Below are positions 9,452-19,650 of a stretch of DNA of 64,000 bases, piece after piece. Each line of letters starts with the position of its first letter. Position 1 is the first letter of the stretch. This DNA is from Oligoflexia bacterium (GTDB taxonomy: Bacteria; Bdellovibrionota; UBA1018), in assembly GCA_963758495.1 (NCBI GenBank), contig CAVWVI010000004.1:96001-160000 (forward strand), given 5' to 3'. The notes beneath the pieces are model-generated. The model made no database searches and was not told where the DNA came from. It worked only from the letters and a program-made list of their open reading frames with translations. A program made the position numbers and the translations under genes.

Positions 9452-11536
9452 TCACCATATCACGCAACGATTGACAGGAGCCATTGCCGTCCCAGGCTTA
9501 CATTGAAATGCATCTCCAAACCTGGAGAACTGGGAAAGCGTTCCGTTCACACGAAAACGTGCAGGAGAATGCGGATCCGTTGTCACTAGCATTCGAGTCA
9601 ATTGTTCCTGCTTTTTAGAGCACCAGGACTGAGCAAATGCTAAGAAAAATCGTTGATCCTCCGTAAAACTAGAATTGACGCTACTCGTTTTTTGATGGGT
9701 TTTTAAGTTGTAATTTTGCAAAGCTCGGTAAGCTAGTCGGATTCCGCCATGGTCCGCAATATTCTCTCCTAAGGTCAATTTTCCGTTCAAATGCAAGCCT
9801 GGCAAGCTTTCAAATCCATCGTATTCATGAATGACGCATTCAGCTCGAGTATCAAAGGCCTTTGCAACTGCAGGCGTCCACCAATCCACCAAATTCCCCA
9901 CAGCATCGTAATGTCGCCCCTGATCATCGAAACCATGAGTCAATTCGTGCCCCATAACCATCCCGATCCCACCGTAGTTTGCATCCATACTAAAGTTTCG
10001 ATTAAAGAAAGGTGGCTGTAAAATCCCCGCAGGAAAAACCATCTCATTCATAGAAGGATCGTAATAGGCATTTACGGTAGGAGGCGACATCTCCCAGTCT
10101 TTTCGATCCACTGGTTTACCAATTTTATTTAAATGATAACGAGAGTTAAAGACACCACCCTCAAATAAAGTCTTCAGATAAGATTTTCGATTTACTTCAA
10201 AAGAATCATAATTTCGCCAAACATCTGGGTAACCCACTTTATTCACAATAGCGTGAAGTTTTTTGAGAGCTTGCTTCTTCGTTGCCTCATCCATCCAAGT
10301 CAAATCTTTCAACTCTTCTTGAAAGGAGTTTTCCACATTTTGTATCATTTCCTCAGTAAGCACTTTGCCCTCCGGGCCGTAACTCACTTCAACAAATGAC
10401 CTTCCTAAAGCAAACCCCATTTGCCGATCAATAACACTCACACATCGTTTCCATCTCGCTTCAAGTTTCTTTTGACCTGATAAGGCTTGGGATACAAAAT
10501 GAAAATTTTCATTTACAAACTTCTCTGGCAAAGCAGGTATTGCAGAACTAATCACATGCCACTTGAGATAAAGCTTCAGATCTGAAAGTGTTGCAATAGC
10601 AGGCTGAGTTGCATGCTCTTCCGTTGAGGCAAAGAGTTGATTTAGCCCTACAAAAAACTCTGGGACAGCGACGTTAATAGCGTCGACTTCAGGGGTACCA
10701 CTCTCTTTAAAATATTGATCCCAATTCAATAATGGCACTCTCTCTTTTAAACCTTGCCGCTCGAGCCGGTGATAGATATTAAAAGGGCTCCGACGATCGG
10801 CGCGTGCCATTGAATTTTTTGCAAGAAAAGTCTCGATCTTTAAAATTTTCTGAGCATCTTCTTTTGCCAATTTTGGAGGAGTTCCTAAATATTCCAAAAT
10901 AGTCTGAACATATTTTAAGTAAAGATTTCTAATTTCTAAAGTTTTTGCATCATCCTTCAAATAATAATCTCGATCTGGCAAACTCAGTCCTGCTTGATCC
11001 ACGACCCCAATCACTTGTGTAGCATCTTTAAAGTCTTGTTGATCTCCAAAATCGAAGAGCGCATTTATACCCTTTAAATGAAGCTGAGCCATTAGACTTG
11101 CGATCTGATTTTTAAAATTTAACGAGCTTAATGAGTCTAATTTTCTGAGTTCTTCATTTAACTCAGAAATAGAATTCGTCTCGATGCTTTTCTCATTCAT
11201 ACATGCGGAGTAATAATCTCCTAATTTTTTCGCATAGGGATTTTTGGGCTCTTTAACTTTTCCAGATGAATAATTTTCTAAAATATTTCGGAGAGTACTT
11301 CGATTTTTTTCTCGCATAGCCATAAAACTTCTATCCCAGGCTGGCAAATCGGATGGAATTTCTGCTTCTGCAAGCCATTTTCCACAGGCAAATTGATAAA
11401 AATCATTACAAGGCTGAATAGATCGGTCAATAATAGACTCATCTATTCCTTCAAGGACAGGAACTTTTTCTTTAGCTTGAACAATACCCAAACCCAAAGA
11501 AAACCCAACAATGATTAAAACAGCTTCAGCCCTCAT
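9452..11536 (-). CDS. M13 family (neprilysin/PepO-like) metallopeptidase, exported
   Basis: PCNDFYQFACGKW, VNAYY, GHELTHGFD, GENIADHGG and DPHSP motifs. GGAGG RBS before ATG 11536. Confidence 0.93.
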   Translation of the reverse strand: MRAEAVLIIVGFSLGLGIVQAKEKVPVLEGIDESIIDRSIQPCNDFYQFACGKWLAEAEIPSDLPAWDRSFMAMREKNRSTLRNILENYSSGKVKEPKNPYAKKLGDYYSACMNEKSIETNSISELNEELRKLDSLSSLNFKNQIASLMAQLHLKGINALFDFGDQQDFKDATQVIGVVDQAGLSLPDRDYYLKDDAKTLEIRNLYLKYVQTILEYLGTPPKLAKEDAQKILKIETFLAKNSMARADRRSPFNIYHRLERQGLKERVPLLNWDQYFKESGTPEVDAINVAVPEFFVGLNQLFASTEEHATQPAIATLSDLKLYLKWHVISSAIPALPEKFVNENFHFVSQALSGQKKLEARWKRCVSVIDRQMGFALGRSFVEVSYGPEGKVLTEEMIQNVENSFQEELKDLTWMDEATKKQALKKLHAIVNKVGYPDVWRNYDSFEVNRKSYLKTLFEGGVFNSRYHLNKIGKPVDRKDWEMSPPTVNAYYDPSMNEMVFPAGILQPPFFNRNFSMDANYGGIGMVMGHELTHGFDDQGRHYDAVGNLVDWWTPAVAKAFDTRAECVIHEYDGFESLPGLHLNGKLTLGENIADHGGIRLAYRALQNYNLKTHQKTSSVNSSFTEDQRFFLAFAQSWCSKKQEQLTRMLVTTDPHSPARFRVNGTLSQFSRFGDAFQCKPGTAMAPVNRCVIW

Positions 11537-11791
11537 AACGATTCCTCCATGTAACTGGGGCATCTTATGCGTTCTTGACATTTCCGACAATCCTAAACCT
11601 AATGATTTTTAATAAAAAAATTGACAAGACGCGTCTACGTTTATGCTAAATTATTACATTTTAATTATGTTAATACTTCACATTAATTACCACTAGTTGT
11701 GTAATTATTTTAATTCTTAAACCAATTTAACCCGCTCGAATGACTGGCACTAAACTTGTTAAGTAATTTATCATCAAAACATGAATAACAT

Positions 11792-11841
11792 CCCATGTTA
11801 ACGGGACCTTACTATTTTGACCCCGTTAACATGGGTTTTTT
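11792..11841 (+). promoter_or_regulatory. 14-bp perfect inverted repeat + T6 tract immediately before an RBS
   Basis: cccatgttaacggg-N16-cccgttaacatggg-tttttt-aaggagg, then ATG at 11858. Confidence 0.55.
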
Positions 11842-11857
11842 AAGGAGGCTTATTTAT

Positions 11858-12451
11858 ATGAGAAGAATTTTACTTTTGAGTTTAGCAATGTCCGCTTTTG
11901 CAGCACCCTTAGCTTTTGCGCAGAATCTAGGTGTTCTGAGTAATGAAAAAACACCTCAAAATCTTCTTCCCGCAAGTGAGTTCTTAAAACAACTGGCAGA
12001 ACCTAATGCTATGGAGTCTCGAAATACCGTGACAACACAAGGTAACCACCATGCACTCGATGCTAATCGCGCCCATAATCAAGAGTCAGATTTTTGGGAT
12101 TGGGGAAGCATGTATGGAGCTTATTCATACTTTCCCTATTATTACCCTTCTTATTATTATCCTTACTACAATTATTCTTCCTATTATTATCCAGGTTATT
12201 ATGGATGGGGTTGGCTTGATGATCAGTCCTCAACCACTCATACTCCAACAACGAACGCTCGTTTGCAAACTCCTACCGATCGTGCACATACACCAGTCGT
12301 TTGCTTCTCGTCCGACTCTGCTGGCGCTTGGTTTGCGAGTGCTGATATTGCTTCGAATGTTGCTAACACTCAAGAAGCGGCTAACAACGAATGCCTTGCA
12401 TCCGGTGCAAACTGCTCTCAGAGTTTAGGCTGTGCAGTCGCTCACAGATAA
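11858..12451 (+). CDS. Exported hypothetical protein with a Tyr/Trp-rich tract and a Cys-containing C-terminal domain
   Basis: Strong AAGGAGG RBS, signal peptide ending AFA, YYYPSYYYPYYNY tract, four C-terminal Cys. Confidence 0.75.
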   Translation: MRRILLLSLAMSAFAAPLAFAQNLGVLSNEKTPQNLLPASEFLKQLAEPNAMESRNTVTTQGNHHALDANRAHNQESDFWDWGSMYGAYSYFPYYYPSYYYPYYNYSSYYYPGYYGWGWLDDQSSTTHTPTTNARLQTPTDRAHTPVVCFSSDSAGAWFASADIASNVANTQEAANNECLASGANCSQSLGCAVAHR

Positions 12452-12473
12452 TAAGAAATTCTATTGTTCTACC

Positions 12474-12511
12474 AATCGCCTACTCGTCTCGACGGGTAGG
12501 CGATTTTATTT
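12474..12511 (+). terminator. Intrinsic terminator
   Basis: Hairpin aatcgcctactcgtc-tc-gacgggtaggcgatt followed by a T-rich tract, just after the stop at 12451. Confidence 0.75.
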
Positions 12512-12936
12512 CATTTTTATTATTTTTCTACTGATCTCGTTCGATAGTTCCTAGATAAAGTCGAAGTGCTTCAACAAACTTATGCGTTATATCCTGTCCT
12601 TATTATTGGAAATTGAAATAATCACAACGGTACCTCTTCATTCAAATGTAATTCCCGAATTTGCATAAGAACATCCGAACCTCGTGCGTCTGGCAATGAT
12701 AGGTCAAAAGTAATAACACCAAATGAGTGAAAACGACAAAGATCGACTGCTTGAATCCCTGTTGCAGCCGCTTTCACTAAATAACCTGCCTTCTTTAGTA
12801 CATGAACCATCCAACCTCGATCTTTCTCATGATCTTTAACTACCAATACTGTAGCCTTATGACTAGAAGCCCCATAAATTTTTAGAAGTCGAGGATGAGT
12901 GGAAAGAGCGTAAATACATACACCCATTCCACTCAA
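12510..12936 (-). pseudogene. Decayed response-regulator receiver domain
   Basis: VLVVKD...AATGIQAVDL...ITFDLSLPDARGSDVL...VP then a stop. A shifted frame continues VIISIS...LKHFD with further stops. Confidence 0.55.
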
Positions 12937-12951
12937 ACATTAGCTCAAACA

Positions 12952-13527
12952 TTAGGATGCTATTTTTTGAGGTTTCCCTTCTTTTTCTATTTCTTTTTCC
13001 TGTCCCAGTAGACGACTCAAAACTCCACCTTTACCTTCTTTAATTTCTATAGTTTTACCTTTTGCCACTTCACCTTTAGGGACGGCAATCCAGAGGACAC
13101 CATCTTTATAGCTGGCCTCTACTTGATCTACATTAATACCGATAGGTAAGGTAAACGACCGCTGAAAGACTCCATAAAATCTTTCACTGTTTAATCGACT
13201 TACTTTTTCCTCTTTGCGGTACCCAGAAACAATAAGTTGACTGTCCCTCACATCAATTTTTACGTCATCTTTAGATATTCCAGGTAGATCAAAACTGAGG
13301 AGGTAGTGAGTATCTGTCTCTTCTATGTCGCATGCTGGCACAGAAACTAAATCTTCTCCACCCCATAAATATGAAGTTGAAAAAGGTGTAAGAAAATCAT
13401 CAAACAATCGTTCCATGCCTCGTTGAAGTCTCGTAATTTCTCGTAAAGGGCTTTGCCCTCCCCATGAACCCAATCGACTTAATCCCGTCTCTTTTTTTCC
13501 CTCAGACAAGCTTCTTTTATTAGCCAT
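12952..13527 (-). CDS. Hsp20/alpha-crystallin small heat-shock protein
   Basis: PACDIEETDTHY, DLPGISKDDVKI, ERFYGVFQRSFTLP and ASYKDGVLWIAVPK motifs. Confidence 0.92.
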   Translation of the reverse strand: MANKRSLSEGKKETGLSRLGSWGGQSPLREITRLQRGMERLFDDFLTPFSTSYLWGGEDLVSVPACDIEETDTHYLLSFDLPGISKDDVKIDVRDSQLIVSGYRKEEKVSRLNSERFYGVFQRSFTLPIGINVDQVEASYKDGVLWIAVPKGEVAKGKTIEIKEGKGGVLSRLLGQEKEIEKEGKPQKIAS

Positions 13528-13671
13528 AAATGCTCCTTTCCAAAGTCTTTATATACTTAAATCATGCAAAAATTAGACTCGGCTATTTTCTGCCGTTCCT
13601 TTTTGTTATCGACTTGCTATCAATATTGGCCAGACGTTTGCACTCTTCTGAGGAAGGAGAGTTAAATAAAC

Positions 13672-14196
13672 TTGAACCAGTCAAAAACTATACAATCTCT
13701 CGATTCCATAGAATCTCAATTAAAAGAAGAGAAAAATAAGTATCTTTATCTCTATGCTGATTTTCAAAATTTTAAAAAACAGATGATAAAAGAGCGAAGC
13801 GAACTAATTCGTTTTGGATGGCGTCCCATTGCTGAAGAACTACTTCAGATTATCGACAACTTAGAACGTGCAGTTTCTCACTCATCAAAAGAGACTAGCA
13901 ATGCCATGCTTGATGGAATTCAAATGGTACTCAAGCAATTCAAAGCTCTCTTTGAAAAATATGGTATTCAGCCCATTGATACTTTCCAAAAACCTTTTGA
14001 TCCTCATCTTCACGAAGTCATTGGAAAAGAAAACTCAACTCTACCTAAAGACACTATCGTAAAGGAACATATTCGTGGTTATACAATGAATGGGAGCTTG
14101 CTTCGACCTGCAGAAGTTATTGTAAGCGATGGAAATGTAGGCGGTGACCATAAAAAAGACGAAAGTAAAAAAAATCTACAAAATAATACGACTTAA
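13672..14196 (+). CDS. grpE: Nucleotide exchange factor GrpE
   Basis: ADFQNFKK, IIDNLERA, FDPHLHE and GYTMNGSLLRPAEVIV motifs; TTG start with AGGAG RBS. Confidence 0.88.
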   Translation: MNQSKTIQSLDSIESQLKEEKNKYLYLYADFQNFKKQMIKERSELIRFGWRPIAEELLQIIDNLERAVSHSSKETSNAMLDGIQMVLKQFKALFEKYGIQPIDTFQKPFDPHLHEVIGKENSTLPKDTIVKEHIRGYTMNGSLLRPAEVIVSDGNVGGDHKKDESKKNLQNNTT

Positions 14197-14278
14197 GATT
14201 TCTAATCAAATCATTCGCTGAGCGATCTAATAATTAAGATAAGCAGAAATATCAAGTGACTCTTTCAGTTTAAACCGC

Positions 14279-17200
14279 TTGCCAACTCCACCAAAATCGC
14301 GTATCCGATCGACAGCGATGACCCAGCTCATCACACGCTATTACATAAGAAGTGGGGCAATCTTGACATTCAAAAAAATATCCAAAAAATTTACCTTTTT
14401 TATTTTAGGAGCCGCGCTGCTCAAGCTTGGAGTTCCGACTGAAAGTCAGGCGCACTTGCTCCGAGTAGGAACTCTCCCCTTATCTAATGAAAAAAAACTC
14501 ATTGTTTTGGGAATCGCTCAGCCACAAGGTTCTAAATCTAGCTTTAACTTCAATCACCTTGGATTTGAAGGAGTAGAAATTGATTCTATTAACCCCCAAT
14601 TCTTAATTGAAGCCGATAGAACAGGGGTCCAAAAGGTTCGCTCTTTTGAAATCGAGGACCCTCAGCGTAAAAAACTATTGCCCCCTCTCCTTTTAGATGT
14701 GACCCATGCCAAGAGAACTGAATGGGGCCATTATTTAGGAAATTCTGTTTTTGGCACTGGAAAATCTCTGGGGTTCCCTATTGCTCCGATTTTCATTAAG
14801 CTTGGAGAATATAAAAAGTATCATGAAGATATCCGAAAACTCGAAGCTAACTACCTTTTGACGCTCATTGATCTATCATTAGAGGGCAAATTTCCTGAGT
14901 TTAGAAACTCACTGATTCTAGACCCCCAGAAAGATCCAAATCAAATGGATCTTTTTTTAAGAAAACTAGGTGAAGCTCTCTTAATCCGTTACAATCCAAT
15001 CTCGAATTTGGCAGGATTAATCATTCCCGAAGGCAGAGAAGGTCAATTTTACGAAAATTGGCGTATCACTAAAAGAAAAGACCGAAAACAAAACAGAGGT
15101 GATTTTTTTAGAGATATAGGCAAAGAAGGATTAAAGGCAGCACCCTTCGGTGCAAATTTTGCTTTGGTCTATATTAATCCAAGCGATATTAAAGAGTCAG
15201 TTCGAACTGAAAACTTTATCAACGAGTTTAAGGGATTTGGGACGATTGACGAAAACTATGAAAAAACTCTTAAAGTAATCGGATCTCATTTAAAAGAGGG
15301 CAACCTCATCCCTTCACACCTCATTTCATTTATTAATCCAGCGGGCGAAGTCGATGTCGTGAATTTTATTTCGCCTGCCTTTTTTGAGCAAAGTCTCAAG
15401 ACCTTTGCACAATGGAAAATAAGAAGAGAGTACCTAGGCGGTATGATTCCCTTCACCAATTACCTATTTATAAAACCCATCCAGTACGCCATTGAAAATG
15501 CAACTTACACCAACCGCAAAACAAAATACCTCAATCGACTTGAGTCCTATGGAAATATTCTTGCGCTTTCCGAAACTCATATTCATGATGAAAATGACGC
15601 TCGCTTCCCAAAGGAACTTTCTTTTGAATACCTCTATCAAGTACTTACTGAGCTCAAAGGGCACTCCCTCTCCCGACTTCTAAGACCTACGGAAATCTTA
15701 AATGAACTGATCGCGGTCTTCACAAAAGAAGAAGAAAAGCAAGGAAGACTTCGAGAGTCACTGTCTCCCAGTGAAATAGAAAAAGCTAAATTCTCGCAAT
15801 TTGAACGGCTTAAAAATTTACTTTTTTCCCCCCAAAAAATATCTCGAGGTCCCGCAAGTGGAAGTGCGAAAAAACCTCATTTAGAAGAGAAAACTAACGA
15901 GAGAAATCCAATTATTCTGCTTTTAGTGGATGGCTTACGTTATGATCGATTGATTCAGGCTGCCGACAAAGGGTACTTTCCCCACTTAAAAAAATATTTT
16001 ATTGACCGAGGCACACAGATGGAATCCTATGCTTCTCGGTCACTCACTTTGCCCTCTTGGTCAACCATAATGACAGGCTTTGAACTAGACGTGCATGGCA
16101 TTCGAAGCAATACGCCCACTTCTCGCCTTGAACATAGAATTGCTGAAAATTATCAAGAGCCACCTAAAGATCTCAAGGAATTCACAAGTGGCGCTAAGAA
16201 TCCAGCTTTTAAAAGAATTGAAAATGATAAAACAGGAGAAGAAGGTAAAGTTTGGCTACCAGGTTATTTCACGCCTGAACAAACATTCATAAGTTTTATG
16301 CCCGTTGTTAATGGAGCAAGATCTTCCGTAGTTGGGCTGATCAGTTACTTTTTCGAACACCTATCCGAATTTGCAAATGGATCTCTTTATTTCCCAAGCA
16401 TGCTCGATATCGAAACTGCTGAAACTACCGCAAACGCGATCAAAAATGATCATGAGGGAAAACTCCGACTCATTGTCAATTGGTACTCTGCAGTAGATGA
16501 AGCCTCACATTTTGACAATGATCTTCTTCCCATTGTTTATCAAACGATTGACCAAGGTATTCACTCTATCCTCACCGCCGCTCAACACCACCCTAGTCTT
16601 AAAAATGCGACTGTTTTTTTAATATCAGACCATGGACATACGGCAGGCTATGGGCCGTTTGATGAAAAGATCTTTCAAACAAATACCTCTTCTCAAAATA
16701 GGGAGGTACCGTTATTGGAAAACACGGGGTTTAATATCACCGAATTTCTAGCAGGAGATTATCATGACTACGAACGATATCAATTCGTGGTAGGTGCGGC
16801 TACGGCTCCTGAGCCTAAATACAAACTAGCATTGCTAGATGAGTTTCATCTACAGTCTTTTAAATACATTCACCCCAAAGGAAAAGGACACCCTAACGCG
16901 TTGGTTGATAGCGCAGGAGATAATTTAGTTCAAGTTTACCTCAGAGGAAAAGCAGACGTAGAGAAAAAAGGACACCGAGCAAAATCTAGCTGGAAAAATA
17001 GACTCAGTTTTTATGAGTTATCTCACTTCGAAGGAGCGCGCTGCCTATTAGACATTCCAAGTGATTTACTCGACTTTAGACTCCCTTTTACTCGGCTCAG
17101 CAATGAAACTTTAGCGCAAAACATCTTTAAGCTTACAAATCACCACCCAGTGGATCTATTTGCAATGGCCTTAACTGGAGATGCAGTCGCTCAATCCACT

Positions 17201-17926
17201 ACACGATTTGTGGGCGATCAGGATAGCTCTGGAGCCTGGTTACGCGAGCCTGTTCTTGTCATGACAAGAGGCGATCTACCTGGACAGCATCGGACAGGAT
17301 TGATTTTTATTCGAAGCTTTCCAAATGGTACTGATGAATTCAAATATGTCGTTGTCACACATTTCGATCAACTATCTGACGGACAAATCCTCGGAGAAAC
17401 TTCTGAGGATCCAAAACAAGATCCTTTGGAATATTTAGACACTGTAGGTCATTCTTCATTACTTGCCCAATGGCACACAGATCGAGAATGGCTTCAACTC
17501 GCCCGTCATCATTTTAAACCCACTGCTATCTTTGCGCTTGCGAGAATCCTTACTTTGTCGTCTAAATACATGGATCCACACTCTCCGCTTCTAAGCGAAA
17601 AAATTAAGACTGAGCGCCAAGGAGAGATCCCCGATTTTATTTTAACTGCCAATCCGGGTTACGCATTTCACTCAGACTCTTCATTAGAAAGTGATCACGG
17701 CGGAATCCTACGCGATGAAACGAGGAACTGCTTCTTAGTGAGTTCACTCAATGAAGAAAAATATAAAAAGCATATAGAATCAGAGATCCAGATGTTAAGT
17801 CGAGACTTTATGCCCACGATCCTAGATTATGCTCGAATCAGAGAAGAAGGAAACGATCTCCAAATTTTACCTCAAACCCAAGGCATGAGCTTCAAAGAGG
17901 AGATCGAAAAGTTACAAAAACCTTAA
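14279..17926 (+). CDS. Large alkaline-phosphatase/phosphodiesterase superfamily protein
   Basis: LLLVDGLRYD, SLTLPSWSTIMTG, VDEASH, LISDHGH and SDHGG metal-binding motifs. The ~540-aa N-terminal region is unrecognised and the start is uncertain. Confidence 0.75.
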   Translation: MPTPPKSRIRSTAMTQLITRYYIRSGAILTFKKISKKFTFFILGAALLKLGVPTESQAHLLRVGTLPLSNEKKLIVLGIAQPQGSKSSFNFNHLGFEGVEIDSINPQFLIEADRTGVQKVRSFEIEDPQRKKLLPPLLLDVTHAKRTEWGHYLGNSVFGTGKSLGFPIAPIFIKLGEYKKYHEDIRKLEANYLLTLIDLSLEGKFPEFRNSLILDPQKDPNQMDLFLRKLGEALLIRYNPISNLAGLIIPEGREGQFYENWRITKRKDRKQNRGDFFRDIGKEGLKAAPFGANFALVYINPSDIKESVRTENFINEFKGFGTIDENYEKTLKVIGSHLKEGNLIPSHLISFINPAGEVDVVNFISPAFFEQSLKTFAQWKIRREYLGGMIPFTNYLFIKPIQYAIENATYTNRKTKYLNRLESYGNILALSETHIHDENDARFPKELSFEYLYQVLTELKGHSLSRLLRPTEILNELIAVFTKEEEKQGRLRESLSPSEIEKAKFSQFERLKNLLFSPQKISRGPASGSAKKPHLEEKTNERNPIILLLVDGLRYDRLIQAADKGYFPHLKKYFIDRGTQMESYASRSLTLPSWSTIMTGFELDVHGIRSNTPTSRLEHRIAENYQEPPKDLKEFTSGAKNPAFKRIENDKTGEEGKVWLPGYFTPEQTFISFMPVVNGARSSVVGLISYFFEHLSEFANGSLYFPSMLDIETAETTANAIKNDHEGKLRLIVNWYSAVDEASHFDNDLLPIVYQTIDQGIHSILTAAQHHPSLKNATVFLISDHGHTAGYGPFDEKIFQTNTSSQNREVPLLENTGFNITEFLAGDYHDYERYQFVVGAATAPEPKYKLALLDEFHLQSFKYIHPKGKGHPNALVDSAGDNLVQVYLRGKADVEKKGHRAKSSWKNRLSFYELSHFEGARCLLDIPSDLLDFRLPFTRLSNETLAQNIFKLTNHHPVDLFAMALTGDAVAQSTTRFVGDQDSSGAWLREPVLVMTRGDLPGQHRTGLIFIRSFPNGTDEFKYVVVTHFDQLSDGQILGETSEDPKQDPLEYLDTVGHSSLLAQWHTDREWLQLARHHFKPTAIFALARILTLSSKYMDPHSPLLSEKIKTERQGEIPDFILTANPGYAFHSDSSLESDHGGILRDETRNCFLVSSLNEEKYKKHIESEIQMLSRDFMPTILDYARIREEGNDLQILPQTQGMSFKEEIEKLQKP

Positions 17927-19452
17927 ACTGCTGAACCTGAGCCTTTACTTTCCACGCTATGATTCTGCACCACTAAACCTCGAGCCGGTAGGGATAGCTC
18001 TCCCGCAGGAGGAGAAATGAGACCTCGACTTACGATTCTTTCTTGCGGTAATCGAATAATCAACGTCACACTCATCCCAGCTACACCTGCAGCCATGATC
18101 GCGCCCCCATGGGCTTTGATAATTTTATGAGAAAGCGCCATACTCAAACCATTTTCACTAATCCAGTGTTTGAGAATATCTTGCTCAGGGCCTGCAGCTG
18201 CCGCACGGCCATTTTTAAAGCGCTCTGCATCCTGAATTAAAATCTCAACTCCTCTAAAACTACTCTGAATCGCTTGAGAGACAGAAATAGAGAGATTTCC
18301 ACCTTTAGGAAGAGTCCCGATTACTTTCGATAAAACTTGAATCATCACTCGCTCAAAGCGCCGAGCATCAATCGTCACCCAAACTGGAATCGGTGGGACA
18401 GAAACCAAAATCCGCTTACCTGCATCGGGACCTAAAATAGTTTTAGATACATCCGAAAGAAGCTCAGAGAGATCCACTGTAGACTCATCTAAACGAGACT
18501 CTAACCGATTAATATCAACGATATCATTGAGGTCATCTAGACTGCCCGCAAAAATAGCGAGCCCACGTCTCACAGACTCAGCTGCCTGTACTTGTTGATC
18601 CGCAGGAATTTCTTCTCCTACACCCCCCAATAAGTATTTCCCTGCCTGAAGTAAAGTCAAAGGACTCTTTAAATCAGCTACAATATCCAGAATAAACTTA
18701 TGTCGATCCCTCATATGCTCTTCAACTTCTGAACCTAATTGATTCAAAGCACTTTGAATTTCACTAAATAATCCGGGAAGACGAGGAGGGTTTTTGGGAA
18801 TAGGTTTCCCTTTTTTTAAATCATTTGCATATTGATAAAGTCGATTGAGCGGTTTTGCATACACTATATAATTCTTAAGTATGATACTACAAATGAGCAC
18901 AAGAATTCCTAAGCCCACTCCAATCAAAAGAATCACCGAAGATGACTCAGATCGAGAATTATCAGATTGCATCGTCATCATTCGAGAATCCGCACTTTTT
19001 TCCAAATCTATTAAAGTCTTGAAAATTTTATCATGAAGCTCTTGAACTTCAGAACGTACATAGGCATCCTTGGAGAAAAGCATAGGTTCAATTTGGGCAC
19101 TCAGAGTGATTAATTCAGAGATTTCATCGTTCAGTGCACGCTCACTTGAACGCTCTTCATTGGTTGAATCCAATTGAGATAATTTAGCGACTCCATGAGT
19201 AAAGGACTGCTTGAGTTTACTTTTGATATCCGCCATTTCATCCGGAGAAAGCTTTCGAAAGCCTGAACTCATTCGCCGATATCTTTCAAGATTCAAGCTC
19301 AATGAGTTAATGATCTTTTGTCGCTGATAAAGCGGCTGTAAATAAGCGGTTCTTTCGTGAAGCTGCTGCAATGATTTCCAATGAATCAAAACCACTGACC
19401 CAAGCGAAGCGATTAAAACCAACACAATCCAAAATGAGAATTTTTTAATCAC
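17923..19452 (-). CDS. Membrane sensor histidine-kinase-like protein with degenerate H-box and ATP-binding boxes
   Basis: Two TM helices, periplasmic helical domain, HAMP, HisKA-like IVADLKSPL, HATPase-like DARRFERV...GLSMALSHKIIKAHGG. Confidence 0.78.
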   Translation of the reverse strand: MIKKFSFWIVLVLIASLGSVVLIHWKSLQQLHERTAYLQPLYQRQKIINSLSLNLERYRRMSSGFRKLSPDEMADIKSKLKQSFTHGVAKLSQLDSTNEERSSERALNDEISELITLSAQIEPMLFSKDAYVRSEVQELHDKIFKTLIDLEKSADSRMMTMQSDNSRSESSSVILLIGVGLGILVLICSIILKNYIVYAKPLNRLYQYANDLKKGKPIPKNPPRLPGLFSEIQSALNQLGSEVEEHMRDRHKFILDIVADLKSPLTLLQAGKYLLGGVGEEIPADQQVQAAESVRRGLAIFAGSLDDLNDIVDINRLESRLDESTVDLSELLSDVSKTILGPDAGKRILVSVPPIPVWVTIDARRFERVMIQVLSKVIGTLPKGGNLSISVSQAIQSSFRGVEILIQDAERFKNGRAAAAGPEQDILKHWISENGLSMALSHKIIKAHGGAIMAAGVAGMSVTLIIRLPQERIVSRGLISPPAGELSLPARGLVVQNHSVESKGSGSAV

Positions 19453-19599
19453 GGGACTCCTTTTCCATGTTTTGGGACTGTCATTGTTACCTAAAATAGT
19501 ATGCCTGAAAAGGCGTTTAGCTCATTTTTTGCAATCCACTAAAAAGAATTTAAAAACAATAGAAAAATCGAGCGTCCCATTTATAATTTAAGTAAGCGC

Positions 19600-19641
19600 T
19601 CAGGCTACAGCCAATCGTATCCACTCATGACTGTAGCCTGA
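19600..19641. terminator. Inverted repeat downstream of the cyclophilin gene (possible terminator)
   Basis: tcaggctacag-N20-ctgtagcctga. The loop is large and there is no clear U-tract. Confidence 0.35.
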
Positions 19642-19650
19642 AACCCATTA

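Noticed and set aside
13630..13670. Possible CIRCE operator between Hsp20 and grpE
   Set aside because: Only a partial left arm (ttgcactc); no matching GAGTGCTAA arm at 9-nt spacing.
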